From: Nitrospirota bacterium
GTDB taxonomy: Bacteria; Nitrospirota; UBA9217
Assembly: GCA_963790205.1 (NCBI GenBank)
Contig: CAWBNQ010000005.1
Coordinates: 128,001 to 192,000, forward strand
Direction of reading: 5' to 3'
Length of the DNA: 64,000 nucleotides
This document shows positions 59,750 through 64,000 of this stretch, one piece after another. The notes beneath the pieces were generated by a model. That model was not told the DNA's origin. It did no database searches and worked only from the letters and a program-made list of their open reading frames with translations. Every line of letters starts with the position of its first letter. The stretch's first letter is position 1. Both the position numbers and the translations under genes were made by a program.

Positions 59750-59778
59750 AATATACAGAGATACGCCTCAAAATGCAA
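59750..59778 (-). promoter_or_regulatory. sigma70 promoter of obgE
   Basis: TTGCAT-17-TATATT on the minus strand, downstream of the rpmA terminator. Confidence 0.55.
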
Positions 59779-59870
59779 GTGTGAAAGACGTCAGGGACAA
59801 CACCGCATCGTGGGTGAACGCAGGCATTCCTCAGGCATGCAATGCCGTGGCAAGCAGAGCACTTGAGGGC

Positions 59871-59905
59871 AAAATAAAAAGGCGGCATGGTTAAATGCCG
59901 CCTTT
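59871..59905 (-). terminator. Intrinsic terminator after rpmA
   Basis: 11-bp perfect stem aaaggcggcat/atgccgccttt with a U-tract on the minus strand. Confidence 0.85.
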
Positions 59906-59933
59906 GAAAATTACCGTTGATGGAGCTTGGAGC

Positions 59934-60194
59934 TTACGGCGCCGGTGCGTAAACGCTCACCTGCTTGCGGGTCTTGTCGTAGCGCTCGAATTTCACCACG
60001 CCGTTAACCTTGGCAAAGAGCGTATCGTCGCTGCCCTTTCCAACGTTCGTGCCGGGATGGAACTTCGTCCCGCGCTGCCGGACGATGATCGTCCCCGCGT
60101 GGACCGTCTCGCCGTCATAGCGTTTTACGCCGAGGTACTGCGGTTTGCTGTCCCTGCCGTTCCGTGAACTGCCGACGCCTTTTTTATGAGCCAT
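59934..60194 (-). CDS. rpmA: 50S ribosomal protein L27
   Basis: Motifs [16 protein letters not shown] and RQRGT. Confidence 0.97.
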   Translation of the reverse strand: MAHKKGVGSSRNGRDSKPQYLGVKRYDGETVHAGTIIVRQRGTKFHPGTNVGKGSDDTLFAKVNGVVKFERYDKTRKQVSVYAPAP

Positions 60195-60209
60195 TTAGAT
60201 CCTCCGAAT

Positions 60210-60339
60210 AAATCCCAAATAACAAGCACCAAATATCAAACAAATTTTAATGCTCAAGCACCAATTGCCAAACATTTGGAATTTGATAATTTGGAGATTG
60301 GAATTTATTTGTAATTTGTTGATTTGAAATTTTGTTTTA
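60210..60339. repeat. Heptamer tandem-repeat imperfect palindrome between rplU and rpmA
   Basis: aaatccc aaataac aagcacc aaatatc ... aagcacc aattgcc, followed by inverted tttggaa tttgataa tttggag attggaa ... tttgaaa. Confidence 0.75.
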
Positions 60340-60651
60340 TTATGCCTTTATCTCTTTTACCTTGATCGCCGTGAAATTCTGGCGATGGCCGTTGGTCCTG
60401 CGGTAGCCCTTGCGGCGCCGGTGCTTGAAGATGAGGAGCTTTTCGCCCCTGCCGTCTTCCACCACTTCCGCCGTAACGCTGGCCGAGGCGAGCGTGGGCC
60501 TGCCCACGGACACCTTGTCTCCGTCCGCGATCATGTAAACTTCCTTGAGCTCTATCGTGTCGCCCTTCTTGGCATCCAGGGTCTCCACTCTGACAACGTC
60601 GCCGGGAGAAACCTTATACTGTTTTCCTCCGGTCGTAATGACTGCGTACAT
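60340..60651 (-). CDS. rplU: 50S ribosomal protein L21
   Basis: Start at ATG 60651 (AAGGAGGT SD). Motifs MYAVITTGGKQYKV and GHRQ. Confidence 0.97.
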   Translation of the reverse strand: MYAVITTGGKQYKVSPGDVVRVETLDAKKGDTIELKEVYMIADGDKVSVGRPTLASASVTAEVVEDGRGEKLLIFKHRRRKGYRRTNGHRQNFTAIKVKEIKA

Positions 60652-60710
60652 GATGTGAAACCTCCTTCGCTGAAACATCCGCGTTCTTCTGATTCACTTT
60701 AAGAGCCCGT

Positions 60711-60740
60711 AAAATACCATGTAACTTGTGGACTTGTCAA
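60711..60740 (-). promoter_or_regulatory. sigma70 promoter of rplU-rpmA
   Basis: TTGACA-18-TATTTT with extended -10 TG. Confidence 0.6.
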
Positions 60741-61048
60741 GGGAAAAATATCATAAAATGTCGGCATAAATACGATATTTCACTCCCGGCATGCTTTGCG
60801 AGCTTCTTCGCTGCCGTCATTCTCAGCGTCAGTCAGCAAAGGATCTTCAATTCTTGCCAGGACTGCTTCAACTAAAGTAGCTCTTTAAAATGACTGAGCC
60901 GCCGTTGTTTCAACAGCCCTTCAGGGAACGCACCGCCATACAGACGCCTCTCCCTACACTACAATCTAAGGTGAGCCGGCCCTAAAGGGTTATTGTTCGG
61001 CCGTTGTTCTCCGTAATACCGTAGTTGCATGCGATTTGCGCGGCTTTC

Positions 61049-61076
61049 TTGACAATCACAAATACCGTGATAGGAT
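61049..61076 (+). promoter_or_regulatory. sigma70 promoter with a palindrome in its spacer
   Basis: TTGACA-16-TAGGAT. ATCAC-N7-GTGAT at 61055-61071. Confidence 0.55.
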
Positions 61077-61118
61077 TTAAATAAGCTCAGGTTAGGATAA
61101 AAAAAGGAGGCGATTAAT

Positions 61119-61520
61119 ATGAAAAAGCTTATCCCGATATTGACGGTAATGGCGCTTGTGCTCGCTGTTGGAGTGGTTTATGCGTATGCGGATGAGAGCA
61201 TGCCTATGGCGAAAGATTTGAGAAGCATTGTACAAGATGATAACATTACGTATGCCGCATTGGATAACGGCGTTACATTTGTCGGCATGGTAGAGCCGGG
61301 CATAAAGTGCTTCAGTGAAGGAGGCGAAGCAGGAGGCGGCATGGCAGTAAGCAAAGAGTTGCGCAGAACCGTGCAGGATGATAGATTTACCTATACTGCG
61401 CCGGATAACGGGATTTCGTTCGCGGCAGAAATCCCCACCTTGACCTGTTCATGGGGCCGGGGACTTGGGCGGAGTCTTGAGTTGCACAATGGCATTACCG
61501 TTCCCGGAGGAACTGAGTGA
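61119..61520 (+). CDS. Secreted hypothetical protein with internal duplication
   Basis: AAGGAGG SD, Sec signal (AYA). Repeats KDLRSIVQDDNITYAALDNGVTF and KELRRTVQDDRFTYTAPDNGISF. Confidence 0.8.
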   Translation: MKKLIPILTVMALVLAVGVVYAYADESMPMAKDLRSIVQDDNITYAALDNGVTFVGMVEPGIKCFSEGGEAGGGMAVSKELRRTVQDDRFTYTAPDNGISFAAEIPTLTCSWGRGLGRSLELHNGITVPGGTE

Positions 61521-61591
61521 AGATCGATAGTTTCCTCTTACCACGACGTAATTCCATGACAGGTGCATGAGCAGAGGATACAAGCACCACA

Positions 61592-61636
61592 AAATAAAAA
61601 ATAGCAGGCTGAATCTCAGCCTGCTATTTTTTATTT
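61592..61636. terminator. Bidirectional intrinsic terminator
   Basis: Perfect 21-bp inverted repeat aaataaaaaatagcaggctga-atc-tcagcctgctattttttattt between convergent genes. Confidence 0.88.
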
Positions 61637-61691
61637 CCCGGGTCCCCCGCGAGGATATTCCAGCCCGGTTCTGTAACACGCAATCTTCGGG

Positions 61692-62333
61692 TTACGGGAA
61701 GACGGCTCCCTGCGTTTTGCCGTGGATGGTCGATTCATCGTACCCCTTCTCTTCCGCGTTCAGTTTCTGCATTCGCGCGCGGCTCAGCGCCCGCACTTCG
61801 CGGTCGAGCTCGGCACAACTCGCGGCCGGAGGCAATGCGGCAATGGCGCGGGAAAGTTCGGTTGCCGCCTCCACCGCCATGTCGCGATGTCCGTTTTCAT
61901 GCGTGATCAGGTGCTTCATGTAGCCATCCCATTTGTCCACAAGCGCTTGGGGAGCGCCGTCGGCATGCACCCATTTGGGATAGCGGTAGCTTATTTCAAG
62001 GGCCACTTTAAAGGAATCCGCGGTACATGCCCGGGGCGCGCGGTCATATCCGTAATCCATTTTCCAGCGCCACATTGTCACGGAATCGTACTTTTCCCCG
62101 TCGTTAAACGCGCAGCCGTTCCGGCACATCTGGCCCCGTAATTCTTTTTCGCTGTTTCCCCTAATCTCGTAATATTCATATTTCTCGGTCACCACCGGAG
62201 CAACAACTCTGTTTTGTATCCCGGGGTGGAGGGCCTTGTCAACGCTTGCGACATTGAACCTGCCTTCTGCCGCGAAGGCTGTTGCGGCAGCGGCAATAAG
62301 CAGGAGGGAAAAGGCGCTTACCTTTATCATCAC
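61692..62333 (-). CDS. DUF922-like secreted putative Zn metalloprotease
   Basis: Signal peptide, YYEIRG, YPKW, HENGH (HExxH) and YDESTIHGKTQG. Confidence 0.78.
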   Translation of the reverse strand: MMIKVSAFSLLLIAAAATAFAAEGRFNVASVDKALHPGIQNRVVAPVVTEKYEYYEIRGNSEKELRGQMCRNGCAFNDGEKYDSVTMWRWKMDYGYDRAPRACTADSFKVALEISYRYPKWVHADGAPQALVDKWDGYMKHLITHENGHRDMAVEAATELSRAIAALPPAASCAELDREVRALSRARMQKLNAEEKGYDESTIHGKTQGAVFP

Positions 62334-62650
62334 TGGACTCCGATCAATGCTATGGGCTCTGCGCGATAGAAAATCTTCATTTTAAAAAATGCTCAAATAC
62401 ACCTTTTCGGCAGAAGAACGTGCGGCATGTAAGAACTGCGGCCGGCAAATCTTTTACTCAGAATTGTTTCATGATACGTCTTTCAGCATTTCAATTCAAG
62501 ATAGAAATACTGAAAAAACACCGGCGAGAAACCATGATTGGACGCGAATATAATATTATTACTTAAGTAGCATAGCTCTCCTCAATACTTGTACAGACTC
62601 TCAAAAAGGAACTCATGCGGCCTTCCGTCTATTTCTTCTGCAAACAGGAT

Positions 62651-62680
62651 TTGACACGCCATCCAACAGCCTGCTAGAAT
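62651..62680 (+). promoter_or_regulatory. sigma70 promoter of prmA
   Basis: TTGACA-18-TAGAAT with extended -10 TG. Confidence 0.6.
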
Positions 62681-62709
62681 GAATCAAACTTAAGAGGCCC
62701 GTTTTTTTC

Positions 62710-63555
62710 ATGTCCTATTACGAATTCATCATAAAAATAACAGACCCTTTCAGGGAGACGCTGACCCAACGGCTCACGGACGAGGGCTGCCTCGGCGTGA
62801 TAGAACAGGATGAGACAATTACGGCCTATTTCCCGGAGACCGTTGATATCGGAACGATCACGAATGACCTGTCGCTTTTAAAGGCGCTTTTCGACAAATC
62901 CGATACGGTCCAAAACTTTTCCTTTACCCATACACTGATCCCCGAACAGGACTGGAACGAATCGTGGAAGAAAGGGTTCACGCCCCTTGACGTGGGTGAA
63001 CGCTTCACGATCCTGCCGCCTTGGGAAAAGAGGCGTGAAAGCCGCATCAACCTCATCATCGATCCGGGCATGGCCTTCGGCACCGGGCACCACGAAACCA
63101 CGCGTTCCTGTCTCGTCTTAATGGAGAAATATGCCGGGGCGTGCGCGAAGGAGCGATTTCTCGACCTCGGAGCCGGCACCGGGCTCCTTGCGATCGCCGC
63201 ATCCAAACTCGGATACCGTCATATCGTGGCCGCGGACACCGACCCGCTGGCTATCGAGGCGACACGCATGAACGCCGGGCTCAACCAGGTCGCAAACGTG
63301 GATATCCGCGAAGGAAGCGTCGTCGAAGCCCCCGGACTGTTCGACTGCATCGCCGCGAACATCATTGCAAGCGTTCTTATCCGGCTGGCTCCGGCGCTGT
63401 CCTTGCACCTGAAGCCCGGCGGCATCGCCGTCCTTTCCGGCATTCTCAGGGGGCAGGAAAACGAAGTGATCGAGGCAATGGCACCAACGGGATTGAAACT
63501 CCTTGAGCACTATCGTGATGGGAAATGGGTTTCCCTGGTCTTCGCATCGTCATGA
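62710..63555 (+). CDS. prmA: Ribosomal protein L11 methyltransferase
   Basis: Motifs DWNESWK, DPGMAFGTGHHETT, LDLGAGTG, ANI and SGIL. Confidence 0.93.
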   Translation: MSYYEFIIKITDPFRETLTQRLTDEGCLGVIEQDETITAYFPETVDIGTITNDLSLLKALFDKSDTVQNFSFTHTLIPEQDWNESWKKGFTPLDVGERFTILPPWEKRRESRINLIIDPGMAFGTGHHETTRSCLVLMEKYAGACAKERFLDLGAGTGLLAIAASKLGYRHIVAADTDPLAIEATRMNAGLNQVANVDIREGSVVEAPGLFDCIAANIIASVLIRLAPALSLHLKPGGIAVLSGILRGQENEVIEAMAPTGLKLLEHYRDGKWVSLVFASS

Positions 63556-63637
63556 GGCCTTGAGTGTTCTCATGCCCCTCCCTCTCCTCCGCCACGCGCA
63601 GTACTCCCGGACCGTTTAAACTGCCGGAACAATACTA

Positions 63638-63666
63638 TTTACATTGCCTTCTCAATCCCCTATAAT
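63638..63666 (+). promoter_or_regulatory. sigma70 promoter, probably leaderless
   Basis: TTTACA-17-TATAAT-7 nt-ATG 63674; no SD. Confidence 0.65.
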
Positions 63667-63673
63667 CCCATTC

Positions 63674-64000
63674 ATGAAATCGCCACGGCGTTCCCTTGAT
63701 CGCCTTATCGTCGGCATCACTTTCCTCATCCTGTTCTCTCCCTCAGCCGCGCTTGCCACGCCGGATTACGCGCGCCAGACCGGCCTCGAGTGCGGCCGGT
63801 GCCACATTGACGCCATCGGCGGCGGTCCGCTGACCCTGGCGGGGAAATCCTTTCTTGCCGACCTGAAGCTCAAGGGCCTCTACCGGCCTCTCACCACGGG
63901 CAGGAAGATCGTGCGTCTCGGCATCGGATATCTTCATCTCATGTCGGCGATCCTCTGGTTCGGTACGATCCTGTACGTGCATCTGCTCCTCAAGCCAGCC
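63674..64000 (+). CDS. Partial ORF running off the window: signal peptide, CxxCH heme motif and CopD-like TM helix
   Basis: Manual translation MKSPRRSLDRLIVGITFLILFSPSAALATPDYARQTGLECGRCHIDAIGGG...GYLHLMSAILWFGTILYVHLLLKPA. Absent from the ORF track because it has no stop. Confidence 0.8.
   Translation, partial: MKSPRRSLDRLIVGITFLILFSPSAALATPDYARQTGLECGRCHIDAIGGGPLTLAGKSFLADLKLKGLYRPLTTGRKIVRLGIGYLHLMSAILWFGTILYVHLLLKPA

Noticed and set aside
59779..59870. Possible tRNA or ncRNA between the rpmA terminator and the obgE promoter
   Set aside because: No cloverleaf, no TTCGA T-loop and no recognisable family motif.
62481..62515. Imperfect inverted repeat tttcagcatttc...gaaatactgaaa
   Set aside because: A single AT-rich inverted repeat with no second copy or recognisable regulator motif.
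62664..62677. CAACAGCCTGCTAG resembling an IS5 end
   Set aside because: No partner end. It is better explained as the spacer and -10 of the prmA promoter.

Overview
64-kb chromosomal window from a diderm bacterium. Gene content suggests a Nitrospirota- or Desulfobacterota-like anaerobe; this is inferred, not tested. Left to right: (1) a partial IS5-family element; (2) a type IV pilin cassette of pilA, an ABC ATPase, a permease, a XapA/PilG-like protein and a TMTC-like GT-C/TPR glycosyltransferase, under a sigma54 promoter; (3) futalosine-pathway menaquinone genes (deaminase, mqnE, mqnC); (4) an AT-rich cluster of DnaA-box-like sites; (5) mtaB and miaB, a second gmd, a DUF62 protein and a small cytochrome c with extra Cys residues; (6) a BirA-controlled bioB-bioW-bioF-fabG-like-bioD operon; (7) a ~37-kb LPS/surface-glycan region with GDP-sugar synthesis, two amino-sugar modification modules, Wzx, WbaP, WaaL, many glycosyltransferases, six methyltransferases and three acylation systems; (8) obgE, rpmA, rplU, two secreted proteins, prmA and a truncated CxxCH/CopD-like gene. 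No rRNA, tRNA or CRISPR array was recognised. Most interesting: a three-layer nested repeat/MITE at 47.15-47.39 kb, related short-period repeat hairpins including in-frame tracts in gmd and fcl, the DnaA-box cluster, three apparently leaderless genes, the FabG-like gene in the bio operon, and two candidate unusual amino-sugar pathways. All calls come from manual motif reading; no database searches were run.
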